Source of the DNA: an uncultured Acidobacteriota bacterium
Lineage (GTDB): Bacteria > Acidobacteriota > UBA6911
Reading direction: 5' to 3'
DNA: 64,000 nucleotides
Assembly (NCBI GenBank): GCA_963827655.1
Contig: CAWHCF010000025.1
Coordinates: forward strand, 73,189 to 137,188
A program made the position numbers and the translations under genes. Under the pieces are notes generated by a model. That model saw nothing but the letters and a program-made list of their open reading frames with translations, was not told where the DNA came from and did not search any database. The stretch's first letter is position 1. Each line of letters opens with the position of its first letter. Shown here one piece after another: positions 30,611 through 41,264 of this stretch.

Positions 30611-31561
30611 TCAGCGTATGGCGACCGGCGCCACCGTGGAACCCGTACCCCCTCTGATTTTCAGGGGCTGAACCACAAATGCGAACTCGTAGATGCGCCT
30701 GGCCGCAAGATCGTCGAGTTTGAGATTCTCGAGCAGAAAGATTCCGTTCACGACCAATGCGATCTGGTGGACCGGGAGGTTCAGGTTCTTGTCGGGGTTG
30801 GGTGAGATCTCCACGGGAGAAGTGTCGGCCCCGATCAGCATCACGTCCTGCCTGGCCAGCCACTCGGCCGCGGCTACGCCGATGCCCGGCGAGCTGGCGG
30901 CATATTTCGCGTTGTCGGCACCCCAAAGCTTTCCCCAACCGGAGTGCAGCAGCAAGGCATCACCGGCTTGAATCTTGACGCCCTGCCGCGCCAGGGCCGC
31001 CTGGATCTCCTCGACGCCGATCTCGTGGTCGGCGGGCAGCATCTCGACGCCCTTCAGGCCCGCGACGTCCACAAGCACGCCGCGCGTGAACAGCATGCCG
31101 ATCTTCTCGACGCCGAGTTTGCTGAAGCCGTTCCGCGTGCCCACGTCGTCGATCCTCACGCAGTTGTAGAGCAGGCCGTCGATGCCTTGATGGGAGAACA
31201 TGTCGAATTGAGTACCCACCTGGCCCAGCTCTGTGACCATCAGTTCTTCGTTGCTATAGCGCTTGTTCGCGCCCAATGGCCCGTTCGTTCGCTTGGTATG
31301 GAGATCGAAGCGCCGCCCGACGCCGAGCGGCATGTCGGACGAAAGCACGCGGCCCAGCTCGATCACTTCACCGGTCCGGATGAGTCGTGACGCGCGCAGC
31401 ACTGTCTCCGGCTTCATATGATTAGCTGCCCCGCGCTCGTCGCCGGCGCCCCATTTGGTCGGACACCGCTGCTGCGAAGCAGGTGGTTGCCAGGATTGGG
31501 CAAGCGCGCCTGCGGAGCAGGCGAGCAATAAGACATTGAATACTGATGTCACGGTTCGCAT
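30611..31561 (-). CDS. Secreted cyclase family (kynurenine formamidase-like) protein
   Basis: WGAGDERGAAN, QVGTQFDMFSH, TRGVLVDV, LLENL, GGTGSTVAPVAI. Confidence 0.85.
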   Translation of the reverse strand: MRTVTSVFNVLLLACSAGALAQSWQPPASQQRCPTKWGAGDERGAANHMKPETVLRASRLIRTGEVIELGRVLSSDMPLGVGRRFDLHTKRTNGPLGANKRYSNEELMVTELGQVGTQFDMFSHQGIDGLLYNCVRIDDVGTRNGFSKLGVEKIGMLFTRGVLVDVAGLKGVEMLPADHEIGVEEIQAALARQGVKIQAGDALLLHSGWGKLWGADNAKYAASSPGIGVAAAEWLARQDVMLIGADTSPVEISPNPDKNLNLPVHQIALVVNGIFLLENLKLDDLAARRIYEFAFVVQPLKIRGGTGSTVAPVAIR

Positions 31562-31624
31562 AGTCTCCTCCCTCTGAGCGTGAGATGGTATGCCGGGCGG
31601 GCCAGCGACTTCAATAATCGAGGG

Positions 31625-31648
31625 GAAAATGGGGACGTCCCCATTTTC
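31625..31648. repeat. 24-bp perfect palindrome between divergent cyclase genes
   Basis: GAAAATGGGGACGTCCCCATTTTC. Confidence 0.8.
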
Positions 31649-31724
31649 GAAAGAGTTGAGCGCGGCGCGATCCGGCATTAAAGTGGGGTGTCGACATGCC
31701 ATGCGAAACTTCTCGGAGGTTCCC

Positions 31725-32726
31725 GTGAAAAAGGTAATAGCGATATTCGTTTTGACGACGGGTTTGCTATCAGCGCAGACCCCTCAAGGCTGGGTGAAGG
31801 GGAAGGGCTGGGGCTGGACATGGGGTAAGGAAGACGAAGTAGGAGCGCTTAATGCGGTCAAGAGTCCCGCCGCGGTGCTGCGCGCCCTGCGCCAGGTGAA
31901 AACCGGCAAGGTTTATGATCTTGGGGTCCGTGTCGATCAGACCTCTTACAAGTGGCCGGGCCATTCGCCCACCCAGATAATGTCCTATCGCAGCCCGGAG
32001 GGTGTGAAACGGGGGAAGGATATTGAGTCTTTTGCCCAAAGCAAGAAGCAAATTGCCTTTCATAGCTGCGCCCTGTTCATCTCCGACAATGTTGGAACCC
32101 AGATTGACGGGCTTGGACACATCACCACCGGGGCCGACAATCACTGGTACAACGGCTTTCGGGAGCAGGATTACGGCGGCGACTTCGGCATCGGCAAGGC
32201 CGACGCCGACACGATACCGCCGGTGATTGCCCGCGGCGTAATGATTGACGTGAGTGCCTGGAAGGGAGTCGAGGCTCTCCCCTCCAACTTCGCCATCGGA
32301 CCGAAGGAACTCCAGGGAGCGCTTGCCGCGCAGAAAGTTGACGTCGAGCCCGGCGACGTCGTCCTGATTCGCACCGGCACGCTGCGCTACTGGGGCAATA
32401 CCGGGGCCGATCATGCGAAAATTGCGCAGCACGACTCAGCCGGCATCACGCTGGAGGGCGCAAAGTGGCTGGTGCAAGAAAAGGGAGCCGTCCTGATCGG
32501 GGCCGACACCAGCGGGCTCGAGGTCGGCCAGGACCCCGCGCTGCCCGGCGCAGCGATTCCGGTGCACGAGTACCTCCTGATCGAACAGGGCGTCCACGTC
32601 GGCGAGTTTCATTATCTCGAGGATCTGTCGCGAGACAAGGTTTACCGCTTCACCTACGTTGTTGCGACCAACCGGCTGAAGGGAGCGGTCGCGGGAACGG
32701 CCTTGCGCCCGCTCGCGATCGAGTGA
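31725..32726 (+). CDS. Secreted cyclase family protein
   Basis: GTG start after GGAGG; WGKEDEVGALN, VGTQIDGLGH, GDVVLIRTG, PVHEYLL. Confidence 0.85.
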   Translation: MKKVIAIFVLTTGLLSAQTPQGWVKGKGWGWTWGKEDEVGALNAVKSPAAVLRALRQVKTGKVYDLGVRVDQTSYKWPGHSPTQIMSYRSPEGVKRGKDIESFAQSKKQIAFHSCALFISDNVGTQIDGLGHITTGADNHWYNGFREQDYGGDFGIGKADADTIPPVIARGVMIDVSAWKGVEALPSNFAIGPKELQGALAAQKVDVEPGDVVLIRTGTLRYWGNTGADHAKIAQHDSAGITLEGAKWLVQEKGAVLIGADTSGLEVGQDPALPGAAIPVHEYLLIEQGVHVGEFHYLEDLSRDKVYRFTYVVATNRLKGAVAGTALRPLAIE

Positions 32727-32780
32727 AGCTGGATCGATCGTCTCTGACGCGCGCCTTCTGACTTCAATCGGGGACGGTTC

Positions 32781-33971
32781 TCACCCAGAAAGCTGTTTCC
32801 CCCGGCAAATCGCCCCGCGGCAGACGACTCGCTGGCGCGCAGTCACTTTGTTTCGCTGCGAGTCGACGAGCGGAAACTCCCCTTCTTCGATGGCAAGCAG
32901 CGCGATATCGGCGGGCGCGCCAATCTGCAGCGTACCCAGCATCGGCACGCGATTGACAACCTTGGCCGGAGCCGCCGTCACCCGCAGCAGGACATCGTCG
33001 AAGCTCATCCCCAGATACATCAACTTCGACATGGTGGTGGGCATGTCGAAGACCGGTCCGTTGATATTCAGGTTATAGATATCGGTTGAGATGGTATCCG
33101 CGACAAACCCGGCGGCCAGGGCCTTGCGGGCCGCTTCGAAATTGAAGCTGCCCAGTCCGTGCCCGATATCGAACAGGATGCCGCGAGTCCGCGCCTCCAA
33201 CACGCTCGCCTTGATCTTCCCATTGGCATCAACGATGCCCAACGTGTGCCCGTTGTAGGAGTGCGTCACGACGTCGCCTGGGCGCATCAATGCCATCACT
33301 TCGTCTGTCTCGGGTGGCGCGAAGCTGATATGAGCCATCAGCGGCAGCTTGTAGTCGTCGCACAGCTGGCGGGCGATCTTCAGGAATTCCAGGCTGTATT
33401 TTCCATTCATGTTGGAGCCAACCTGGAATTTCACTCCCAGGATGATGTCGCGGTTTTTCACCGCCGCTTCGCCCGTGGCACGCATCATCCGGCGCGCGTA
33501 CTGTACCGGGTCGATGTCAGGATTCCGGCTGCTGGGATAGAGATAGACATATCCGAAAATCCGCGACCTGGATGGCGTGACGACGAATCGGCGGAAGCCC
33601 TCGACCTGATCATGGCCGAAACTTCCCGCATCAACCCACGTGGTCACGCCCGAGCGCGCGGCAATCGGGTCGGGCTCCACGCCAAGCCCGGTTGCGCCGA
33701 AGTAGCAGTGGGTGTGCAGGTCGACCAGGCCGGGCGCAACATACATGCCCTTTGCCTCGACTACCTGGAGGCCCTTGGAGGCCGGGATCTGCGCCTCTAT
33801 GGCGGCGATCTTGCCGTCCGAAATGCCCACATCGGCGCGGCGGCTCAGCCGCTGGCTCGGATCGCGCACTTCCCCGCCGCGGATCAGAATCTCATAACGG
33901 TCTTGCTGCAGCAGCGCCGCGCTTCCCGCAAGCGCGCCCAGAAACGTCCTGCGGCTCATCTCTTCAGGCAT
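32781..33971 (-). CDS. Amidohydrolase/deacetylase (dihydroorotase-like) with Tat-like N-terminus
   Basis: PGLVDLHTH, GVTTWVDAGS, DIGHGLGSF, ISTD; SRRTFLG. Confidence 0.85.
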   Translation of the reverse strand: MPEEMSRRTFLGALAGSAALLQQDRYEILIRGGEVRDPSQRLSRRADVGISDGKIAAIEAQIPASKGLQVVEAKGMYVAPGLVDLHTHCYFGATGLGVEPDPIAARSGVTTWVDAGSFGHDQVEGFRRFVVTPSRSRIFGYVYLYPSSRNPDIDPVQYARRMMRATGEAAVKNRDIILGVKFQVGSNMNGKYSLEFLKIARQLCDDYKLPLMAHISFAPPETDEVMALMRPGDVVTHSYNGHTLGIVDANGKIKASVLEARTRGILFDIGHGLGSFNFEAARKALAAGFVADTISTDIYNLNINGPVFDMPTTMSKLMYLGMSFDDVLLRVTAAPAKVVNRVPMLGTLQIGAPADIALLAIEEGEFPLVDSQRNKVTARQRVVCRGAICRGKQLSG

Positions 33972-34375
33972 TGTTCCATCCTTTCGCCAAAAAAAGCCTG
34001 GATCGGGGGCCAGCCGCCTTGGGCTGTCCAGCTTGCTTACACAAGCCGCCGCACCCTGAATATGTCACCGTAAATGCGAAATACACTACTAAGATCTCAG
34101 CCGAAAAGACGTGCCGTCCGCCGACGCTCGACGAGCTCAACCTCCTGTGCAGGAATCAGGATCGATACAGTCAATTCCAAGTCGTTCAGGTTATTTGACT
34201 GCTCCAGTCACTAACTACACGTCAGAGACGCTCGGTGACCAGAACCCGACCCTTGGCACCGACGGCGGTCTGACCGTCCTGGCCTTTGATACGCCCTCCC
34301 AATTCAACGATGTCTCCACCGAGACGCGCATTCGCTGTGACCTTGATCACCAGCCTCTCGGGCGAGCCCGTGGAC

Positions 34376-34404
34376 TTGACAGAGTATACGAATACTTGCA
34401 TATT
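34376..34404 (+). promoter_or_regulatory. Sigma70 promoter of the TA operon, probably leaderless
   Basis: TTGACA-17 nt-CATATT, then 5 nt to ATG 34410; imperfect inverted repeat TATACG..TGCATA in the spacer. Confidence 0.6.
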
Positions 34405-34409
34405 GTCGC

Positions 34410-34766
34410 ATGTCCGGCAAGCCTCTCCACTGGCTCGGCTCTTCGAGGACTGACATCCGTGCCTTCCCGCGGGATGCCCGGCGCATCGCGGGCGTGGAAC
34501 TGAGGCGTGTTCAGCAAGGGCTGGATCCACTGGACTGGAAACCCATGACCAGCGTTGGGCCGGGCGTCCGAGAGATTCGGGTTCATACGGGATTGGAACA
34601 TCGGGTTGTGTATGTCGCCAAGTTCGCCGAGGCCATCTACGTGCTGCACGCGTTCGAGAAACGCGCGAGGAAGACGCCCGCGCGGGATGTGGACCTCGCG
34701 CGGCAACGATTCCGGGCTTTCTTGCGGCAGCGGCGTCTCGGCGATCCCTCGGGAGGATTGGGTTGA
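34410..34766 (+). CDS. higB: RelE/ParE (HigB/Gp49-like) toxin
   Basis: WLGSSRTDIRAFP, VQQGLDPLDWKPM, GVREIR, YVLHAFEK. Confidence 0.85.
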   Translation: MSGKPLHWLGSSRTDIRAFPRDARRIAGVELRRVQQGLDPLDWKPMTSVGPGVREIRVHTGLEHRVVYVAKFAEAIYVLHAFEKRARKTPARDVDLARQRFRAFLRQRRLGDPSGGLG

Positions 34767-34768
34767 CG

Positions 34769-35078
34769 ATGAAACTCAAGGTAACACCATCGAGCTGGTA
34801 ACGTGTTCCGTGACTTGGGATTTCGTCGCGAGGAAGCCGAGCATCTTCTGGTACGCGCGGATCTGATGATCCAGGTCCAGAGGCTGATCGCGTCTCGCCG
34901 ACTGAAACAGAGAGAGGCCGCTGAGATCCTGCGCGTGTCCCAGCCACGCGTGAGCGATCTTCTCCGCGGGCGGATTGATCTCTTCAGTACCGACGCACTC
35001 ATTGACATGCTGGCGCGCCTGGGAGCCCGCGTTCGCTTGACCGTCAAGGCCGGTCGTCGCAGCCTCAAGGTCGCATAA
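34769..35078 (+). CDS. higA: XRE-HTH HigA-like antitoxin (frameshift near 34796)
   Basis: MKLKVTPSS-(extra T)-GNVFRDLGF ... QREAAEILRVSQPRVSDLLRG ... FSTDAL. Confidence 0.85.
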
Positions 35079-35272
35079 CCGACCGCGCTTGCGGCAGCCG
35101 TGCAGAGCCGGTTGACGCGAATGAGCCATCGGCCAGCTCTCACACCTCTCTCGACGCCGGGCTAACCGACCGGAATGAGCATCGGCCGTCAACTCCCGAA
35201 GAGTCGCTATCAGCCTGGAGCCCGGCCACGGAAGCGCCCGGCCGGCGGTTCCAGCGACCTTTGAGACCGCCA

Positions 35273-35773
35273 TTACTTTTTATCCCCGGAGTCTTCCAGG
35301 ATCTTGCCGTCTGGCGCCACCGTGACTTCGACTTCCTTTTTGCCGGCGGTTTCAAGAACGATTTCGTATCCTTCCAGTTCTTCCTTCCCGTTCTTCACAG
35401 CGGTGATCTGCATGATCTCCTTGGGATTGGACCTGGCGTACTTCTTTTCCACGGCCTTCTTGACGGCATCGGGCATGTCCTTGAGCGCAACCTCTTTCTC
35501 CCAGTTATGGATCGTGCCGTCCTCCTTTATGTCCGCCTCGAACTTCCGCCCCTCCTGCTTGAACTCGAGGTCGTAGACAACCACGTCGCCTTCTTTCTCC
35601 TTGGTCCACTTGTGGATCTCAGCCTTGGGGAACTTGGCCATCAGGGTGTCCATCACCTTCTTGGGAATCTTGTCTTTCTCCTGGCCGGAGGGGGCCGGCT
35701 GCGCCAGAAGTAACCCGGCAAAGACAGCCATGAACAACCCTCCGACCGAACACTTGAAACGATACATGCTCAT
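35273..35773 (-). CDS. Periplasmic PepSY-like/BLIP-like protein
   Basis: Signal peptide; two repeats IPKKVMDTL/MPDAVKKAV ... YE ... DG. Confidence 0.7.
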   Translation of the reverse strand: MSMYRFKCSVGGLFMAVFAGLLLAQPAPSGQEKDKIPKKVMDTLMAKFPKAEIHKWTKEKEGDVVVYDLEFKQEGRKFEADIKEDGTIHNWEKEVALKDMPDAVKKAVEKKYARSNPKEIMQITAVKNGKEELEGYEIVLETAGKKEVEVTVAPDGKILEDSGDKK

Positions 35774-35950
35774 AGACCCTCCTTTGGCCGCGCGTTCGTT
35801 ATGACCGCGACGACCGAAGTCGGAATCGCTCCAACGTTCACGCTGGTGCCAGCGGGTAGTTCGACCCCCACGAGACGGTTGCGCGGCTCACCCCAGCTAG
35901 CCGTCCGCTCTGGCGCTGCCGGGCGGCCTCGATCAGCCCTCGGCCAAGTA

Positions 35951-36739
35951 TCACACCTCTTCAAGCGTGAGTGGACGAGGCTGCTTTCCATCAATGTCCG
36001 CGAACCCGTACTCTTGAGCTATGGCTGCCGCCACGAGCACCTGCCCCGATTTCTGCATGACGTTCGGGTCAGCGGCCAATGCCGCGACCGCGCGACCGAT
36101 GAACTGAGGCGACTCGGAATTGCTCAGGTCAAGGAAGGCGGCGGCCTCCATTACGCTCTCCGTTCTCACAAGGCCCGGATACATCGAGACAACGGCTACG
36201 TTGTGGCGACGAAGTTCGTGCGCCATGTCGAAGGTTAACTTATCGGTGGCGGCCTTCGATACTCCATAAGCGACATTGCCGATGTGCTTCTGCGCGGCCC
36301 AGAATGAAATGTTGACGATCAAGCCGCTGCCCTGCTTGACCATTGTGCGGGCGGCGTGGATGCCGGCGACGTAGTGCGCGCGGACGCCGGCCTGGAACAT
36401 CGCGTCCCAGCGCCAGAGCGGTTGCTCCCAAAAGGGACGCGGCCAGGTAAACTCGCCGCTTTCGACCATGCCCGCATAGCCGCCCCACACATTGTTCACC
36501 AGAATATCCAGACGCTCGTGTTCGTCAAGGATGCGCTGAAATGCTGCTTCAACCTCACGGTCGTTGGTGTGGTCGCAACGGACCGCGACGATCTTATCCG
36601 TTGCAAAAGCTTCTTTCGAGACGCTGCGGCCGGTCGCGTATACGATAGCGCCGGCCTCGGCAAGCTCGAGTGCTACGCCCCTGCCTACCCCTCGACTGGC
36701 GCCGGTCACAACAGCAACTTTTCCGTTTAGATCGGGCAT
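35951..36739 (-). CDS. SDR family oxidoreductase
   Basis: TGASRGVG, LVNN, YGVSK. Confidence 0.9.
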   Translation of the reverse strand: MPDLNGKVAVVTGASRGVGRGVALELAEAGAIVYATGRSVSKEAFATDKIVAVRCDHTNDREVEAAFQRILDEHERLDILVNNVWGGYAGMVESGEFTWPRPFWEQPLWRWDAMFQAGVRAHYVAGIHAARTMVKQGSGLIVNISFWAAQKHIGNVAYGVSKAATDKLTFDMAHELRRHNVAVVSMYPGLVRTESVMEAAAFLDLSNSESPQFIGRAVAALAADPNVMQKSGQVLVAAAIAQEYGFADIDGKQPRPLTLEEV

Positions 36740-36767
36740 AAGTGGCACGAGGTTTGACCCCAAGGGG

Positions 36768-36852
36768 CTTCTTGGTGTTTTATTCGTGTCGTCGAGTCTT
36801 CATGGTACTTGATTAGACAGTTCTAACCGCAAAGGCACGAAGACGCCAAGAT
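36768..36852. repeat. Octamer-based intergenic repeat, degenerate inverted pair
   Basis: CTTGGTGTTTTATTCGTGTCGTCGAGTCTTCATGGTA ... AACCGCAAAGGCACGAAGACGCCAAG. Confidence 0.6.
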
Positions 36853-37012
36853 GCCGCTTGCCAAATTAGAACGATTGTACCACGGCCTATTCTTGCCGCC
36901 TGGTTTGACGTTCAAAATGTCGGAATGGTAGATTGCGATTCCCTCTCAGTTTGTGGCAGAACTGAGAACGCATTCATAGGTCGCTAATTCCCGCGTTAGC
37001 CCGAGGTGAGAG

Positions 37013-39799
37013 ATGGCCACACTGCATCCACGCGTTCAAGCCACCCACGAACATGAAGCACAGGCGAACGTTCAAAGACGACAGAAGTCTGAAGACCCCA
37101 ATACATGGACACACGAGTCCCAGCCACTGGACGAGTTCACCGGTCCATTCGAAGGCACCGTAAAACAGGCCACCGTCACAGAGCGCACCGGGCTATTCCA
37201 CCGGATGAACGAACGCCACAAAATCCGATCGCTGCGTAAACTCCAGCGGCATTACGGGAACAGGTTTGTTCAGCGGCTCATCGCGCAACATACCGTCCAA
37301 ACCAGGCTGACGGTGGGACACTCGGGGGACGTCTATGAGCAAGAGGCAGACCGGGTCGCGGATGCCGTTATGCAGATGTCACAACCTCGATCTGCAGCGC
37401 AAGCGATTGTTTCCAGGCCGGCTGCAGGCGCTTCGTATCCAGCGGATATGCGGCGGTTGTGAGAAAGAGCTACGCCAACAGCCGATAACGGAAGAGAAGG
37501 AGGAAGAACTTCACAGGCAGCCTCTAGAAGAGGAGGTGGAAGAAGAACCCATACAAGCTAAGGCCATCTCGAACAGGATGGATATGGCCCTTCAAAGACA
37601 GATCAGCAATGAAGATGAACGCGAGAGGCAGGGCCAACCTGGGGCAATGCGCAATCACCTGGCGTGTTCAAAGGCAGGCAGATGACGAGAATGAGGAGAG
37701 CGAATCTGTCCAGGCGCAATCTATCGCACCAGCCGAGGAACGACACCAGGTTGGCGTGGATGTTGAAACCCACGTTTCCCATTCTAAAGGTGGAGGGCAC
37801 CCCCTGCCGCGCGAAGTGAGGGCTTTTATGGAGCCCAGGTTTGGGCTTAGTTTTGATGGGGTTCGCATTCACAATGACACGGCGGCGGCTGAGTCTGCTA
37901 AACACATCGGGGCTGCCGCTTATACCTCGGAGAATGATATCTATTTCGGCTCCGGACAGTATCAGCCGCACACGCCGCAAGGAAAAGAACTCATCGCTCA
38001 TGAACTGGTTCATGTTGTCCAGCAAGATAAAGGTGGGATGAAAAGGTCTCTCGACCCGGGTAAGTCCGATGGGCAAACGGTCGCCGACGGTGTAAATCGT
38101 AATACCGACGATGATCGCCACCGGGGGATGTCTTCTTCAATTCGCCCTTATTCTCGCTCGCCGGTTCAGTTAGTTCCCAATGTAACGGCTGTTGCGGCCC
38201 CGGCGGAACTGGCTGCTGGACGTGGGCGTACCGCCCGCGCCCGGGCAACGGCAGGTGGCGGCATCACCGTCGCCTGGAGTATTGAGGGAAATGCCCGTGG
38301 AGCGACCATCGTAGGCAGCGGGCGCAGCGCCACTATCACAGCGCCGGCCGGCAGCACCGGTGGTCCGATTACAGTTCGCGCTGCCGATGCGGCCAATCCT
38401 TTAGTAGATTTTGCAGATGCCAATATCGTGCTGGTCGAGATACAACAGCCCATTTTTGCTTTCGCGCCACCGATGCCTGGGGGTGCCCCTGCGAATACGA
38501 TGGACTCATCGGTTTGCAATAACACGGCGACGGCGAACGCGGTGACCGTTCCCGCAGGACGGGCGGTTCGGTGGAGCCTTCGTGGCAACGCGCGCGGAGC
38601 AACCATCGACGCGGCGACCGGTGTGGTTAACCCCTCAGCGACGCAGACTGGCGCTGTTACGGTGCGTGCTACGGACAATACATTGCGCGATGCCCTGGCC
38701 GAACAGGCGTTAACAATTCGCGCGCATCCAACCAGGATCATACGCACGTTCAATACGGGCGCTATTCCCCTTGCTGCCGGAGGTCCTTATGGCGCTGTTT
38801 ATGATCACCTGCTTCGCGAGTTCCGGGGGTTCTCTTCTCAACGTTGATGTTAGCGAAACAGGTATTCAATGAGCAGCGATCCATTTAATTTCTGCCCAGG
38901 AGTTGCTGCCGGTTGCTTCCCGGCCCTCCTAATATATGGCCATTGAATGCGGCTGGAAGGATGATTGGAGATTTCATGTTCAGCTCGGGCCGGCAATCCG
39001 GGAATCGATGTCAATCGTTTTCTGCCTAGCCCGCCTAATCCTGGACTACCACAGATCCTGGCATACGCCGCAGATTCTTTACTGGCAGCAGCATACAGTG
39101 TGGTGGCCAGTGGGTGCCATTTGCTAATATTCCCATCACAGCTACCTTGCTTCAGCGGGGAGCAAACTTCCGCTTTGTCACAATCAACAATGGTATACGC
39201 CATGATGAGGCCTTACATCGGGCCCAGCTTTAGCCGCTGCTCCAGTAGTTGCCTCGGTATGTCCTCGCGGGAATTCGTGTCTCCAAAGTTCGTCTCGTCC
39301 CCTCGGTCCTGGCAGCCGATGGTAATGCCGCCACGACCGCTGCTGCGACGGCGCAGGTTAGACCTGCAGCCACCGCGTTGCAATGGTCATTCACAGGGAT
39401 TGAATTTTGGGGCTGTTGTTGTCACTCCGACTCCCGGCGCAGGGAATCCAGGCCAAATTCAGACCGGAAATGTTGCGGGTAAAATCACAGTGAGAGCCGC
39501 CGTTGTGGGGACGCCAGGCTGTTTTGCCGAAGGCCGGTTAACGTTACAGCGAAGTTCATATCGGTCCCATCTCGTTGAAGCCCCGCTATCATACCTGCCG
39601 GTGCTCGGGAATAGCGTCTCGAGCGACAGTAGGGACCCAACCGGGTCGAAGGGAAGTCGATTGGACCATTCAGGGACCGGCTCTTGGTTGTGTAATCACC
39701 CGGAATCCTGATAATTCGGCGAACATTGTGCGTGGAGCGCAGCGAGGCCGGGTTACAGTCAGGGCCACGGATCACCGGGATATTACCCGAGTTCAGTGA
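37013..39799 (+). pseudogene. DUF4157 (eCIS core domain) protein with repeated beta-rich modules, multiply frameshifted
   Basis: LQRHYGNRFVQR, QTRLTVG..DVYEQEADRVADAV, EEE..QAK linkers, MEPRFG..FDGVRIH, LIAHELVHVVQQ; repeats WSIEGNARGA/WSLRGNARGA/WTIQGPALG..VTVRA. 3' end approximate. Confidence 0.8.
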
Positions 39800-39843
39800 A
39801 GCCTCCCTGGTATTGAGTTAGGGTTCTGCATCGCGCGGTACGT

Positions 39844-40401
39844 ATGACGGTCGGACTCAGCATTAAGTCAAAGAAGAAACGGTATGCGATTGGCGAACCG
39901 ATTCTTCTCGACGTCACGATCAAGAATCTGAGTTCCAAGGAAATATTGCTAAGAAAATTTCTTCTGCTACCCGCGGATGATGCAAGAAATACCATCAGGT
40001 TTGATGTAACTGATGATAAAGGACGATACCTATAAGAAGAATAAGCCATACCATGACAGGACGCGCAGCTTGGCCAGCCCTGGTGGATGATCCATAAGCT
40101 TGGAGGAAAGCAGACCTATAATCAGACATTTCAACTCGCAGGAATGTATAAGAGACAATCAAATCGAAAGACTGCTATTGAACCACTGTGGTCACTGGGA
40201 GAGGATCCGGAAGTTATCCGGGCCAATGAATATACTGTTCAACAGCCGGGAAAATACCGGATCGTCGCTATCTATCAGAATCGGGAGGATGGCAGCAGCT
40301 GGCCCGAGCAATTCTGGGATCGAAAACAAGCTGTATGGACAGGAGAGGTTATTTCTAACCCGATTGACATCGAAGTATCTCAACGAGTCGCGAAGCGCTG
40401 A
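39844..40401 (+). CDS. Hypothetical Ig-like partner protein (interrupted near 40035)
   Basis: YAIGEPILLDVTIKN ... PGKYRIVAIY ... WTGEVISNPIDIEV, split across two ORFs; AT-rich. Confidence 0.5.
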
Positions 40402-40564
40402 TCACTCGCCTTGCGTCCTTGTCAGCATCAAGAACCTTCTTGCTTTCCTCAGCCATTCTGCACAAGGGACGAGACCGTCGATTCCCTCCCTGTTGACAGC
40501 CGGTGGTGGTCGTGGCGGTTCCTGTGATATCCATAAGGGGCTGCACACTTCAAGGAGCAACCCA

Positions 40565-41113
40565 ATGAAAAGTCTGCTAACGATACTGATTCTTGCTGCA
40601 ATGACCGGAACGCTGCCGGCTCAAAGAAGTCGAGTCGAAGTGACCAAGCCCACAACCCCGGAGGATGATTCCAAGGGGAATAGCGCCGAAGTTCCCGACG
40701 CCTATGCGATGTCGGGCCAGTTCGAACGCGTCGTCGTTCTCCGGTTCAAGTACCAGGCCGACTTGCTGGCGGGCATCGAGAATATGGTCAAAGAGCAAAA
40801 GATACGCAATGCCGTATTCCTTTCCGGCATCGGATCGGTACGGAATTACCACATCCACACGGTCAGCAATCGGACCTTCCCATCCAAGAACGTCTTCGTG
40901 AAGGACCCCACAGCGCCTGCAGATATCGTGAGTGTCAACGGATATGTAATCGACGGACGCGTGCACGCACACATGACCTTGACGGACGAGAACAAGGCCT
41001 TCGGCGGGCATATCGAGCCCGGCAATAATGTCTTCACCTTCGCGATCATCACGCTCGGGGTTTTTGGCGACGCGGTGAGTCTGAGCCGCGTGGATGACAA
41101 AACCCATCGCTGA
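40565..41113 (+). CDS. PPC/DUF296 domain protein with signal peptide
   Basis: GIGSV, IVSVNG, VHAHMTL, FGGH. Confidence 0.8.
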   Translation: MKSLLTILILAAMTGTLPAQRSRVEVTKPTTPEDDSKGNSAEVPDAYAMSGQFERVVVLRFKYQADLLAGIENMVKEQKIRNAVFLSGIGSVRNYHIHTVSNRTFPSKNVFVKDPTAPADIVSVNGYVIDGRVHAHMTLTDENKAFGGHIEPGNNVFTFAIITLGVFGDAVSLSRVDDKTHR

Positions 41114-41124
41114 TCTACGGCACT

Positions 41125-41161
41125 AACCACGAAGACTCGAAGACACAAGGAAACGCGAAGC
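41125..41161. repeat. Octamer-based intergenic repeat, single copy
   Basis: AACCACGAAGACTCGAAGACACAAGGAAACGCGAAG. Confidence 0.8.
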
Positions 41162-41264
41162 ATTAACGGGAACTCGTTAATCGTTGCCAGGGTTCCGCGG
41201 CTTCCATATAATGCTGTCGATCCCTCGCCTGACGATAACCCGCCTGGTCTCCCCGGAGGTCTCT

